DNA of 64,000 nt. Origin: Takakia lepidozioides. Its lineage: Eukaryota; Plantae; Bryophyta. Positions within the stretch are counted from its first letter, which is position 1. Each line of letters starts with the position of its first letter. The DNA is taken from positions 23,870,001 to 23,934,000 of the forward strand of contig CM060733.1 of assembly GCA_030704615.1 (NCBI GenBank). The letters are read 5' to 3'. The notes under the pieces were generated by a model that was not told where the DNA came from, did not search any database, and worked only from the letters and a program-made list of their open reading frames with translations. This document shows positions 11,585 to 24,159 of this stretch, in pieces. Made by a program: the position numbers and the translations under genes.

Positions 11585-14364
11585 CTATTCCCAGTAGTCT
11601 GTTGTCGACATCTCTGTGATAAGACTTCGCTGCTGATCCATGATCAGCAAGGGCAACAGAAGACGCTCCCATTTCTTGCTCAGTGCTTCTTTCACCAATA
11701 ATCCCCACAAGAACAGAGTCCATCTTGGAAGTGTTGAAAGCAGTTGGCAAAATGAATTTGGCAGTGTGGTAGTCACGGAGGTTCTTGATTTTTCGGATAG
11801 GCCTCCCAGGTGGGTGCTAATCAGCCCAAAAGCAATAGCCAGCTTCCCAGTATGGGGCAAAGAGAAGGTTCCTCTTGCCCATCCTCCACATCATGCACAA
11901 AGCCAAAGTACGTGCACCCAACCTCGTTCACCTGCACAGACAAGCTCTCCAGCTTAGCATGGATTTCCTCAATTTGTGGATGCAATTTGTCTTTTACAAC
12001 AAATGTATGCATACAGTAGTCCACATTCAATGCAACTCTGCCCTGGCTCCTTTCTCACGACTGTCCTCCATTTCTCTCACCTTTGCTCTATCATCCCACC
12101 TGCCGGCAGCAGTGTAGATGTTCCACGGCAGCACACATGTTCCAGCAGCCTGTGGATCACACTTGATAAGGCATTTTGCCGCGCGTTCTGCTACTTCCAC
12201 GTTGCCATGAATTTTGCATGCACCAAGCAAGGCCCCCCACATCCGTTGACTTTGGCATTTTCCTCTGCCTCTTCCAATCGCCCTGCACGGCGAAGAAGGT
12301 CTGCCAAGCAACCAAAATACTCCACTGTAGGAGTGAGACCATTGAGAACACAGATGAAAGTGACTTTGCTGGACGTCACCCCTTTCACTAACATTTGCTC
12401 ACATCTCGAAAGCCTCCCTACCAAATCCAGCTGAGAATATCCTCCAATCATGGCAATCCATGAGACCACATCTGGTTGAGCCATAGTATCAAACACTTGA
12501 TTACACCCTGCTGTTGCCCTTGGTCATACAACTCAATAGCCTCCCTACCAGAACCCCGCTTCACATACCCCATTATCATTATATTCTTGGCCGTGGGACT
12601 TGTGGAATCCATGGCTGCTCAACAGCTCAATCCTGATTATTGCAGAAAATCCAAGACCACTGGAATTCAGGCATAAAGTGCACAAAAGAGGCTCTCTGGA
12701 TTGAGGGTTGTTTGACCCGTCCATTGGTGAAGACAGAGCTTTTTGTAACAAGACAAGGCCTACCACAATCTGGTGATGTTCCAGCTTATGGTCGAACAAT
12801 AAAGTCTTGGTGAAACACAGGCTGCCAAGGATTTTCACAGTATTCCTGAAATCTGGGAGGAGTCCACAAGAACCTGCTGGCACTTGTGGGTACGTGAGGA
12901 CTCTATGTAAGGCAGGACAAAGGAGAGGCCCTGCACATTTTGAGCCAAGGAGATGTTGAGGCAGACTCCAATACTTATGTCTGTCTGTTGCAGGAGTGTA
13001 TCACCATGAAAGGCCCAGCAGAGGGAATGAAGGTGCATTCCCAAAAGAGAATCAAGCCAAATATCTTTCTCCTCGACAGCCTTGTCAACATGTATGCAAA
13101 GTGGTGGGAGTGTGGTGGATACACATCAAGTGTTCGACCATATGGCTCAACATTCAACTAACATGGAGCAACTGAACTTACTTTCAGGCCCTTTTTAAAA
13201 GGATAGCTGATATCAACAGATAGTTCATGTTTGCTGCTTTTTGAAAATTGTGATGGACCCAAGCAACTGAAATGCAGTTGAGTTCACTAAGCATCAAAAT
13301 GGCAGCTTCAGTCAGAATTTCACATTGACAAACTCTCTGGTCGAAGATAGCCTCACCTTTAATAAAACAGTTGTCCCACCACTGTGAAGGATCTGAGAAG
13401 AAATGCTGCCACCAATTGCTTGGCCTGCATGCAAACACTATTAAAATATAGATTATTAAATTGTCTGAGTAATTTCTGGGTGGTGGTAGCATGAGATTTA
13501 AAAAGAAATTCTCTCCCTCCCTCCATGGCCTCAAGGCTACAGCAAACAACTTCTTATGAGTACATTCTCACTCTCTCTCCCCGGCTTGGCCCAGCGCCTG
13601 AGCTTTGGATAGCTCTTTGGTTTCTGTGGTTCTACTATCGTTCCTTGTCCTACTACTTTTGTACCTTGGGGCCTTTGGGCTTCCCAAGTTCGTAAGAAAA
13701 ACTTCTATTCTCCCGTCTCAAAGCACAGTGTGACTGGCAGCGCAATCATAGCCAAATGTGTCGCATTGTGTGTCCGATTGGGGACTAGTGCAGCCCTCCT
13801 GAATGGAGACCACAATGTCTACGAGCGGGTTTCCGCTAGCCGTGTCGTAATGCTCAGTCTGAATTAACACCCTCATGATCACTTCCCTATATCGCAATGG
13901 CCTCAGTCAAGCCAAGCGATATAGGGAAGCGATATAGTCAAGCCACCCTCATGATCACAATGGCCTCAGTCAAGCCAGTAAGTCAAGCGATCAATAGAAA
14001 AAAAGTGATTCATCAGATTCATAAGACATCAACAGCCAATGGAGGCAGGACAAGGGTGCGGATTACACACTCATGACTGAAATTCTTGCTAAAAATGGCT
14101 ACAAAACTTCTTCTGGGATGGTTACGCCCACATAGAATTAAAGCGCTGCTATCCCTACCTACCTTGCTTCGATTTCTCTGCAGTATGGGTAGCCAGGGCT
14201 TGGAAGTGCGTCGAGCAAGCCTCTGCAAAGGTAGAAGATATCCAATTCAGATCCACGCATCCCTTCTGTCTTCTGCATGATCGGAAACCCCCTTCCCCTT
14301 CAGCGCAAGAATAAGAAGCAGGCTTTGATGACAGTTTGACATCAGCCTGCGGGGCAGCGGCCAT
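11585..14364 (-). pseudogene. Degenerate PDF-PLS-PPR-DYW pseudogene, paralog of the 21-25.7 kb gene, with an internal inversion
   Basis: 11585-12500(-): frameshifted PPR, E/E+ and DYW remnants (HTFVVKDKLHPQIEEIHAKLE, KLAIAFGLIS, DYW). ~12635-13150(+): NPRPLEFRHK..EALWIEG and RTLCKAG..DSNTYVCLLQEC..LVNMYAK. 13424-13357(-): exon WWQHFFSDPSQWWDN. Putative first exon at 14364-~14163(-). Confidence 0.85.
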
Positions 14365-15866
14365 AGCCGAGAAGAAGAAGGGGATGCGGGTCCAGTCTTA
14401 TGGTGACGGGATAAGCCGGTTCCCGACGGGCTACAACGGGTCAACGCAGCTTAACCAGCAATAACCGCCAAAATGCCGCGTGAAGGGGAGCAACGGTCGC
14501 TTTGCTTAACGGTCATGCTCGTGCCCCTCACTGCCCGCCACTCTCGTCTCTCTCCTTCTCCCAAGTGTACTCTCACTGATCTCCCTCTTCACCTCCTTCA
14601 TACTCCCATGGTGCAGTTGACAGTAGCGAATTGTGGATGCTGGTTGAGATCATCTTCTGTAGGGCTTGAGATGAGGAGTTTGTCTTGAGTTGGATTTGCA
14701 CCAGTTTTGGGAGTGAACTCACAGTAGTAGTCTTGCCTCTCTCCTTCACAACTCAATTGTCCATGACTCCAAGAGTGAAACGAGAACAAAGAAGTTTGGT
14801 TGCTGAAGGACTCTTGGGGCGGGGTTGAAGTGAGGATGGGGCCTGAGGGGAAGTAGATTGTCAGATTGTGATGTCTCTTGAAGGAGATTGTCTTGATCAG
14901 AGTTTGTAGTTCCACCTCAGGATATTATGAGCTTTAGAGCCCTCTGTACTCTCATCACTGGGTCTCTGTGACTCAATCGCTCTCCCGGCCTGAATAGTGA
15001 AACTGAGGATAATGTAGTGTAGGTGCTGCTTGAAAACACCTGTACAGGATTTGAAAAGAGGAGTTGGTGAAGTGTTGCACCTTAGGGCATCAGTTATGAA
15101 GTTCTGACAGGTGACTTTTCGAAAAGAGTTTGAGCGACTGTAAGAGCTAGTGCCCATGGCTGCCCCAGCAAAGCGTAACAACATGCCTAGGGAGAGGTCT
15201 GTCGAGATTGAATACAAAATCAATCGCCTGGGTTTGTTCATCTAGTTCCATCCTCCTGTCCGTTAAATTGCATCATCACAGCCTAAATTGAATTCCTGTG
15301 GTCAAGTACTAACCAGACATTTTCTTGAATCTGTCTAGAAGCCCAGGTATGAAGTTTGCCAACAGTTGCTGTAAGCAGTCCTCTTCCCTTTTCCCTCTGT
15401 AATAGCACCACAAGCTCCCATCAGTTTTGTGAAACTTAACGGCTACATTGAAGATGAGAATTAATTTGGAGCTGGCAAGTGGATATGGTCCACAGATTAT
15501 CCATATCCAAGTTCATGTCAGGTCTGAAAGGAATTCCTTGGGTGAGATTCTGTAATTGAAATGCCCACTTTCCTTTTTCAGAGTGACTCCCCCATCCAGC
15601 CTTGCTTATGTTTTTCCTGTAGCTGAGTGATTCTCTTAGTTCCTCTTCGGAGAGAGGCAGAATGCCCAAATTTGTATTTAAAGTAATATGTCATTCACCT
15701 TATCAGCTCCCACCAAGAGTCATGAAATCTATGATTGGAAAGGCATTACACCTAAGGGATTTCTGCTAGAGGTGTAGGCAGGAGATCTCATGGCATGGTA
15801 TAGCATTCCTCCAAGTTGCAGCAATAGTTGGAATCCTGCCACCCGTGCAGAAAATGAAAGGTAGGG

Positions 15867-18800
15867 ATGGTCGTTGTTACATACTGGAAGGTGTTGACTG
15901 CACAGAGGGGTTGTTGCAAGTGTGGAATCACAGGAGTGGTAGGAAGGGCATACTATGAAGCTTCGCAAATCAAGCTGCGGAGGAACCGCATGCTAATTCG
16001 AGCAGCTCGGACCGAGAACATGCTACTCCATTCTGCCCTTGTTTTACTTAAGCAGAAGGAGATGGCTGCTCGACAGCAATCAGGGGATCTCGACGGAATG
16101 CGCAAGCAAGCCAAAATTCTTCACAAGGCTTTCGACTTGCAGAGAGGCAAGTCCGTCGCAAATCAGCTGCAGGCAAGTGTTCATGCTGCTGTAGGGAATT
16201 TCAAACAAATCCTCTCAGTTAACCACCTTTACATTTTCTGCCCAATGATATTGTCTACTGTTCAGAGATACAAGAAACAGTTTTGATCTTAAGCTCTACC
16301 AGTTTCTTTCCTTCTCACACACATGCAATGCATGTGTCTGTGTTTGTGTGTGTACTAGAAGATGTTACTGTTACTGGTAAGCTCTCATGGAATGTCAGTG
16401 ACCATCAAGCCTGAAGAAAATTTGATGACATGTGACCTTTGTCTGATTACAGCTGCAAAAACAAATCATCAATACCAGGTCAGCAGAAATAGAATGCGCT
16501 GACCTGCTGGATCCCAATACAACCATCCTCGTGAGAATTCGGGCCCTGGATGGTAAACTGGAGGCCATCTATGCCCAAACTAAAGACACTCAGATCGTTG
16601 AGAGGTTCAGTGAGAGCCTGCTGAAGCCTATGAGAGAAGAACACATTGTCTATGCATCCCAGGTACTCGCCTCCTTGCTAAAAATGTGCCCAGTAGTGGG
16701 TGTTAACCCTCCTTTGAGTTTCTGTAACACTTTCAAAAAGGTCAGAAGAGACGGTATGAATGAGCCACCAGCTACTGAGACAACTAGATGGAGGAAATGG
16801 CATTTCACTCGCTCATGGTTGACAGCTCTCTGTACATGTTATACTTACCAAAAAGGCAGACTGCTATTTTTTCAATCCTACTGAAGTGAGGAAGAGAAAA
16901 TTTACTTCTAACCATCGCACATCATGTCAACTATGGCAGCTTGAGAGCCTTGGGAACATACTCAAGATTAAGAAAGGAGAGACTATGCAGCTCAAGATGT
17001 TGCATTTCGATGGGATCCGCTCACGGGACCAAGCCAAACGGGAGCTGGAAGAAGTAGGTGAGACTTCAACTCTTCCAATTTCTTAGGACGTTATGTATGG
17101 TGGGGCTGGATGGTCTTTATCCTCTACATATTACCCTAGAGCTAATATAGCTTAACAGTCCTTGCATCTTGTGCCTTTTTTCACTTGTATTCGGAGAAAG
17201 CAGGAGTAGCAATTAGCTACAATAAGCTACGATTATGTTCTCTACAGCCACCAAAGTACGGGCAAGATTTCCACCCTCAGAGCACCAAGAGGAGCTTTGA
17301 AGCTGGACTCTAGGCAGCTTGCAAGATGCCAGCTCTCAAAGCAATACTGCCCCCTCTGAATTCCAATAAGAAGTTGAAAAACCAGGCCAAAACCAATTTT
17401 AAGGGCTTTTCATTGTTGTTTTCAGTCAGGATACATGAAATGATCCTGCACAGTAACCTTCCAAGCCACTTTTGAGGTTGGCTTTGCAGATATCATCAAC
17501 GAGTTGTCCAAGTGCAGAATAGCTTATGTTGAGCTTGCTTCCTTCATGTTCAGTTGGGCAAGAACTGTTGTGTTACTTGAGAGTTGAAGGTCCCTTCATT
17601 ACTTGGTTTTGTGGTAGCAGCATCGAAGATATAGATACTTGATGATGGCGATAGAGCAGGCCTACAGAAAAATGTTTTCAATATTGGAGCGGGGATAGAC
17701 TAAGTTGATTGAATGCTCATGTGTGGTGTTGGCTGGATTATGCAGCTGCTAGCAAGCATGAAAGGCAGAACACAGGTACGCCATCTCCAGATGAGCAAAT
17801 TCTCTACCTCCCACCTTTTTCTCTCCGTGGATTCCCCTGTGATTGACATGTTTCAAACCCAGACTGCCCTCGGAAAGAATTCAATTGTAATCCAGTGCAC
17901 TACCAGTTTAAATGTCTCTGAACATTTCAACATCCCAGAACATTAGTTCACTGACAGGTTGGTGAACATGGAAGAGACCTTGTAAGAAAGCACAAATACC
18001 TCATTGAGAGGCTTGGTTTTTAGTCTCTACAAGCTTATGTTGGGGATCATATTCTCCAATTCGAATACATACGAGCACATCATTCCCCTACCAAAACTGA
18101 GTGTTTGCACCTGCAGGGAGGGGGAGGAGGAGGTTTGAGCGCGGAGCTGCAAGCTAGGATATTGAAAGCTGTCAGAGAGATCAAAATTGTGATGCGAGTA
18201 GGTAGCATGCCTGAGATGTACCAGAAGTTCTTGTTTCAAGAGAAGCAGTGTACTTATCTGGCTCAGGTCCATGATGAGCTCAAATTTACTCTATCGCAAC
18301 TCAGGAACGAGCATCAGGCCAAGGTCAGGGATCTCTATCCTCAACTGGGGGTTCGTTAGATGATAAGGATTCTATGTCTGCAATTGCAGAATTGCAGTTT
18401 TCCACAGTGAAAAATTAGAACACCACTTGAAGTTTTCGAAGCCATGTATTTGAGATAGTGAACAAGACGTGCATAAAGAACACTCCAAATTGAATATGCG
18501 CTCTAATCTCCTCAAATGTGACAAATCTATGCTAACTGAACATTCGAGTCTTGGGTAAACACAGAGGAAGAGTATGGCCGAAGTGGGGAGCATGGTGGAC
18601 AACACAAAGGACATGGTGCGCCGGGTTTCAACAAGACGACACTCTGTCCCATTGATGCAGATACTGGAACGTACCAGGAAGCTGGTCGACAAAATCCACC
18701 AGGGCACACTCGTTGAGGTAGTCCGTGTACGAGGAGCTTGGAGCACAATCGTGCTTCTTGAATGTTCAACAAATGCTATGAAACTTTGATACATGTGAAA

Positions 18801-19224
18801 TGCCGGATCAGTTTTCATGGATTGTTCATAGTATGTAAATAGAAGCTACGCCTCTCAACAGAGTGGCTGATTGGGGCTCTCCGATCATTGTCTGTAGGAT
18901 AAAGCAGGAACTGAATCGCCGCAGAAGGTGGTGCTTGTAGACTGCGAAGTGAAGCTTGTCAAGTTGATCAAGGTATCCATATCTGCACTCACAGTTCTTC
19001 CTCTTTGCTCAATACTCTCTTACATAGATAAAGAGAGCAGCTGTCAGAGAACAGCAGAAGGCAAAATAGAGCATTATATTTCCATATTGGCACAAATCTA
19101 ATCCTCAAGATGTAGTCCTCATAATATCGAATCTGTGGCTTAACAGGGGCTGATGAAGAAGATGAAGCACCTCAAGCTTTTGGAAGAGTCTAAAAGGGCG
19201 GCAGCCATGGGGGAATCCTCATGA
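15867..19224 (+). CDS. CCDC151/ODAD3 (ODA10)-like coiled-coil protein, multi-exon; 5' end and middle exons uncertain
   Basis: In-frame exons ~15867-16172 (GC donor), 16453-16662, 16940-~17053, ~18117-18323, 18565-18717, 18898-18972, 19147-19224. Blocks RAYYEASQ, RIRALDGKL..MREE..SQLESL..LKIK, IKIVMRVGSMPEMYQKFLFQE and DCEVKLVKL resemble the CCDC151 family in order (recognised from memory). Confidence 0.65.
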
Positions 19225-21109
19225 GAGCATATATCTCCTCCCAAGAGTCGATGAGCAAATCTCCTCAACTAGTACTTACATTTAAGCTCACTGTTGCAAG
19301 ATACATATCAGCGCCCATTGTATGACAACAAGTGCTTTGTGTTATGCTGTTTTACAAGTTTCTGCATGTTCTCTGTTTGAATCTCAAATTTCGGACTTTC
19401 CGCACACTCTTGGTCTGACAGAGCATTTGAATATCCCAAAACAATTCTGCAGGGCATTTCCCAAACAATGCATATGGCGTACGGGCTATGACTGCCAGCA
19501 AACAAAAACCTCTCTCACACATGCCACTAAGGTAAACGAAATGAACGTGATACGAAATGAAGGAGTTTATGGTAGCACGAGAAGAAGGGTCTCGATTGCA
19601 CCCAAATCTCTTTTGTAGGTAGCCACATATATACATATACGAGTCTTCTTCTGTAGATTTCTCAGAGGATGAGCCCAACAAGCAGCATCGATTCCAGTGA
19701 GGGGGTCAGAGCTCATTCACCGCGTGCACTCTGAGCAGAGCAGCCACATTGTTGCGTCGAGTTCTCTCCAGTGAGACGGCGGCGGAATTAGGTTTTGTGA
19801 AGGGCTACCTGGAGAGTGTTTCTGTGTGTATTGATGAAATGCTGTCCAGGAGGAAGCTTAAAGGGCGGCGGTCCAAGGTGGCCATGGTGGGCAGCCAATT
19901 ACAGATGGAGCGAGAGATTGGAATTCCGTGGGAAGAGACGGAGTCGAAGAAAGTGTAACATGCTGGGTAGGGAGAGTGAGGGAAGGAATGAAGCACCTGC
20001 AAGGTGAATTGGTTCAAAATAGTCCATCTGAGTTTGAAAAGCGATTGATTGATGTTGAGGACCAAGCAGTTGCCATAACTGAGATGCTTGGACACACAGG
20101 GAGGACTCCAGATTCTGTGCATGTCAATGATGATGGCCCGGTCTCAAAACAGAGCAAAAAGAAAAAGAAAGAAGGACGTTGTGGAAACAGAGAGGCAAAC
20201 AGAGACAGTAGTTGGGGAGGGATTGATATTACCGGGCAAGAGCGAACGCAGTGGAGTAAGTGCAACCTGCCTCAGAATTGGCGTCCGCAGACCGAGTGAA
20301 GAATGAATTTGGTTTCTCACCCCAATGAAATGTCAGCTATCTACTCGATAAGGCTGATTGGGGTGGTGGATTGGATTATAAACCGAAATTGGTAGTGCTT
20401 CCCTCTGGTTACTAGGGTGGACATTCATTGGTCGCCCTGATCACAATTGTGCTGTTCTTAGCAGCTCGTTGTTGGGCTGTCCTTCCAATTGGGCACCGGC
20501 ATACCTGCCAAAGGGTACATTGTGCGTCCCTCACACACCGAAGCAGGCCTGCCAATTCTCCTGACCCTCATTGATTAACTTGGTCATCTTTCTCTCTCGG
20601 CGCACAGGCTCAATTTTTCTTCCTATTGCCCTCTTCCCTTGCTCCAGGAACCTTGCTTCGGATACCTCCAGGATTCTTCAGTCCTGCACTTTGAGGTTGT
20701 CGAAATAGCTTCTTTTTGTCAGGTTTACGCCCGAATTCGACACAGGACGATTGGAAACCCGATCCTGGGGAGAATGGGTCAAGCTGGACTAAGCAGGGCC
20801 TTGGAGACTAGATTCCCCCGGTTACTTATCACACGCTCGTGAGCAGACTCAATGCTGTTGGGGCTCAACCTTTTGAAGTGAGAAGTTTTCAACCCAAGTA
20901 AATTCACATTTCCCTGCATGGCTACTTCTGTGACGAGGTTTTTCTGAGTCCATTTGCTGAATGATGTACCTGTAACCGGGAGTGCAGCCCTCACAAAATG
21001 TAACGCTGCATTCTATGATACAAATGGCCTCTTCTCTGCCTACACATTTCATAAATTATAGCTCCTCATGTTTGAGCTAGGGCACTTTTTTTCATGGATG
21101 TAGCTTGTT

Positions 21110-23938
21110 TCACCAGTAATCCCCACAAGAACAACTCCCATCTTGGAAGTGGTGAAAGCGGCTAGCATCCCTTACAACAACTGCTCGTCCAGCAATCTTT
21201 GAGATGAACTTGGTTGCAGTGTGGCAGTCACCACAAACCCGAAGGTTCTTGATGACACGGATAGGGGTACCAGGGGGTATGCTGATGAGCCCAAAAGCAA
21301 TGGCCAGCTTCTCACTATGGTGGCAAAGAGAAGATTCTTTCTGCTCCTCCTCCATATCATGCAATACAAAGCGCGTGTCAGGAACATACCCAGCCTCCTT
21401 CATCCACCCTGACAACCTCTCCAGCTCAGCATGGATTTCCTCAATTTGTGGATGCAATTTATCTTCAACAACAAATGTATGCACCTGATCATGCACCTCA
21501 ATGTAGCTGCGTCCTGCCTCCTTTCTGACACCTCTCTCGTCCATCATTTTTCTCACCTTTGCTGTATCATCCCACTTGCCAGCAGCAGCATAGATGTTTG
21601 AAAGCAGGACATAAGTTCCGGCGTGCCATGGATTCCACTTGAGAAGGCATTTTGCTGCGCGCTCTGCCAGCTGCACGTTACCATGAATTCTGCAGGCACC
21701 AAGCAAAGCCCCCCACACTGAGACACCTGGTTCAATTGGCATTTTATTAATGAGGTCCTCTGCCTCATCCAATTGCCCTGCACGGCCAAGAAGGTCCACC
21801 ATGCAGCCAAAATGTTCCGGTGAGGGAGTCAGACCATGATCTTGACTAATGGAATCAAAATAAAAACGACCTTCATCCACTAGACCCACATGGCTACAAG
21901 CAGAGAGGAGACATATAAAGGTGATACGGTCCGGCTTCAAGCATTCTTGTTGCATTTGTTCAAATAGCTGCAAGGCCTCCCTACCACACCCATGTTGACC
22001 ATATGCTGCAATGATCGTGTTCCACGAGACCACGTCCTGTTCAGCCATATCATTGAATACTTGACGTGCATCCTTTATGCTCCCGCATTTGGCATACATG
22101 TCAACAAGGGTATTCTCCAACTTCACGTATGATGCAACTCCAGCTTTCAGAGCATCAGCATGGACCTCTTTGCCCTTTTCCAGGGCTGCTAGGCTGGCAC
22201 ACACATTGAGAATGCAAATGAAAGTGACCCTGTCGGGCATTACCTCTTCCCATATCATTTCCTCATAGACCTCAAAAGCCTCCCTACCACAGCCTTGTTG
22301 AGCATATCCTGCAATCAGTGCATTCCATGAGACCACATGTCGTTGAGCCATACTGTCAAACACTTTGATTGCATCCTTCATGTTCCCACATTTGACATAC
22401 ATGTTAAATAAGGCAGTCTCTAGAATGATATCTGGTTCTATTGCAGTTTTGATGATGTCGGCACAGACCTCTTCGCCCTTTTCTATGGCTGCCAGGATAG
22501 TGCATGCATGGAGCACAGAAGTGAATGTGACCCTATCGGGCGTCACCTTTTCAAGTTTCATTTGGTCATACATCTCCAGAGCCTCCCTGGCCCACCCATG
22601 CTGGGCGTAGGCGGCAATCATGACACTCCAGGAAACCACATTCCTCTCTGCCATGTTATCAAATACTTGACGGGCATCCTTCATGCTTCCACATTTGGCA
22701 TACATGTCAGCAAGAGCTGTCTCCAGAATGACATCTGCCGGAATTCCACTTCTGTTGATGTCAGTATGGACCTCTTTACCTCTTTCCAGGACTCCTAGGC
22801 TGGCACACACATTGAGGACACAAATGAACGTGACCTTGTCGGGAGTGACACCTTCCTGAATCATTTGGCCATACATCTCGAAAGCCTCCCAACCAGACCC
22901 AAGCTGAGCATATCCTGCAATCATCGCACTCCATGAGACCACATTTCGTCGAGCCATATTGTCAAATACTTGCTGAGCACACTTCATGCTGCCACATTTG
23001 GCATACATGTCAGTAAGCGCAGTCTCCAGTATTATATCTGGTGGAATTCCAGCTTTGATAATGTCAGCATGGACCCCTTTGCCCTTCTCCAGGGCTGCCA
23101 GACTGGTGCACGCATTGAGAGTGCCAATGTATGTGACCTTGTCAGGCATCACCCCTTCCCGCATCATTTGTTGATACATCTGCAAAGCTTCCATACCACA
23201 CCCATGCTGAGCATATCCTGCGATCATGGCATTCCATGAAACCACATTCTTTTGAGCCATTTTGTCAAACACTTGACGTGCATCCTTTATGCTCCCACAT
23301 TTGGCATACATATCAGCAAGGGCAGTCTCCAGAATGATATCTGGCGTAATTCCTGCTTTAATGATGTAAGCATGAATCTCTTTGCCCTTTTCCAGGGCTC
23401 CTAGGCTGGCACATGCCTTGAGAACACAAATGAAGGTGACTTTGTTGGGCGTCAACCCTTCCTGTATCATTTGCTCATAGATCTCCAGAGCCTCCCTACC
23501 ACACCTGTGCTGAGCATATCCTGCCATCATTGTAGTCCAAGTAAACACATCCCGTCCAGGTATTTTGTCAAACACTAGGCGTGCATCCACCAGACTCCCG
23601 CACTTGGAATACATGTTGACAAGGGTGTTAAGTACAAAGATGTTTGGCTTAAATCCACTTTGGATAATGTGGGCATGCACCTGCTTTCCAGCTTTTAAGT
23701 CCTTAGTTTTGATGCACTGCTGCAAGACACAGACATAAGTATTGGAATTTGCCAGAATGCCGTGTTGGTTCAGCATATGCAGTGCCTCTTTCAATCTCCC
23801 TGCCTTACATAGTGTCCTCATATCCCCACAAGAACCAGAAGATCTATTCTTGACTTGCTCTCTTGGTGCCCTTTCATAAGCCGTGGTCATAGTGGAGGTG
23901 CCTGATTCAAACAACCGTGCCCGATTCAACCCAGCCAT
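21110..23938 (-). CDS. PLS-class pentatricopeptide repeat protein with E1/E2 and DYW deaminase domain (organellar C-to-U editing factor type)
   Basis: Uninterrupted 942-aa ORF with tandem ~101-aa P-L-S triplets (MYAKCG..DARQVFD.M..NVVSW), WGALLGAC, PG-box-like KEAGRSYIEV, HSEKLA, CGDCH and terminal DYW. Confidence 0.97.
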   Translation of the reverse strand: MAGLNRARLFESGTSTMTTAYERAPREQVKNRSSGSCGDMRTLCKAGRLKEALHMLNQHGILANSNTYVCVLQQCIKTKDLKAGKQVHAHIIQSGFKPNIFVLNTLVNMYSKCGSLVDARLVFDKIPGRDVFTWTTMMAGYAQHRCGREALEIYEQMIQEGLTPNKVTFICVLKACASLGALEKGKEIHAYIIKAGITPDIILETALADMYAKCGSIKDARQVFDKMAQKNVVSWNAMIAGYAQHGCGMEALQMYQQMMREGVMPDKVTYIGTLNACTSLAALEKGKGVHADIIKAGIPPDIILETALTDMYAKCGSMKCAQQVFDNMARRNVVSWSAMIAGYAQLGSGWEAFEMYGQMIQEGVTPDKVTFICVLNVCASLGVLERGKEVHTDINRSGIPADVILETALADMYAKCGSMKDARQVFDNMAERNVVSWSVMIAAYAQHGWAREALEMYDQMKLEKVTPDRVTFTSVLHACTILAAIEKGEEVCADIIKTAIEPDIILETALFNMYVKCGNMKDAIKVFDSMAQRHVVSWNALIAGYAQQGCGREAFEVYEEMIWEEVMPDRVTFICILNVCASLAALEKGKEVHADALKAGVASYVKLENTLVDMYAKCGSIKDARQVFNDMAEQDVVSWNTIIAAYGQHGCGREALQLFEQMQQECLKPDRITFICLLSACSHVGLVDEGRFYFDSISQDHGLTPSPEHFGCMVDLLGRAGQLDEAEDLINKMPIEPGVSVWGALLGACRIHGNVQLAERAAKCLLKWNPWHAGTYVLLSNIYAAAGKWDDTAKVRKMMDERGVRKEAGRSYIEVHDQVHTFVVEDKLHPQIEEIHAELERLSGWMKEAGYVPDTRFVLHDMEEEQKESSLCHHSEKLAIAFGLISIPPGTPIRVIKNLRVCGDCHTATKFISKIAGRAVVVRDASRFHHFQDGSCSCGDYW

Positions 23939-24159
23939 CCTGTATGACTCACACTCTTAGTTGCAAACCTTCACTGTCAACCTCACATGATAGATCTCCA
24001 ATCTCCTTGAAATTTCAAAAGGAAGATATCTCCATGACAGCAAGCTTGTCCCTACTGTTGACAGGGTTACAGGACTACTGCATTCATTTACTTTGAGAAT
24101 ACATTGTACCAATAAAATTTGTTTGAGTTGGAGCCCTTGAGTCATCGTCGAAAGGATAC

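Noticed and set aside
19650-20850. Coding-like broken ORFs between the CCDC151-like and PPR genes
   Set aside because: No recognisable motif or consistent splice pattern; probably a decayed TE ORF.
21204-23239. Plus-strand ORFs overlapping the PPR gene
   Set aside because: Antisense shadows of the repetitive PPR coding sequence.
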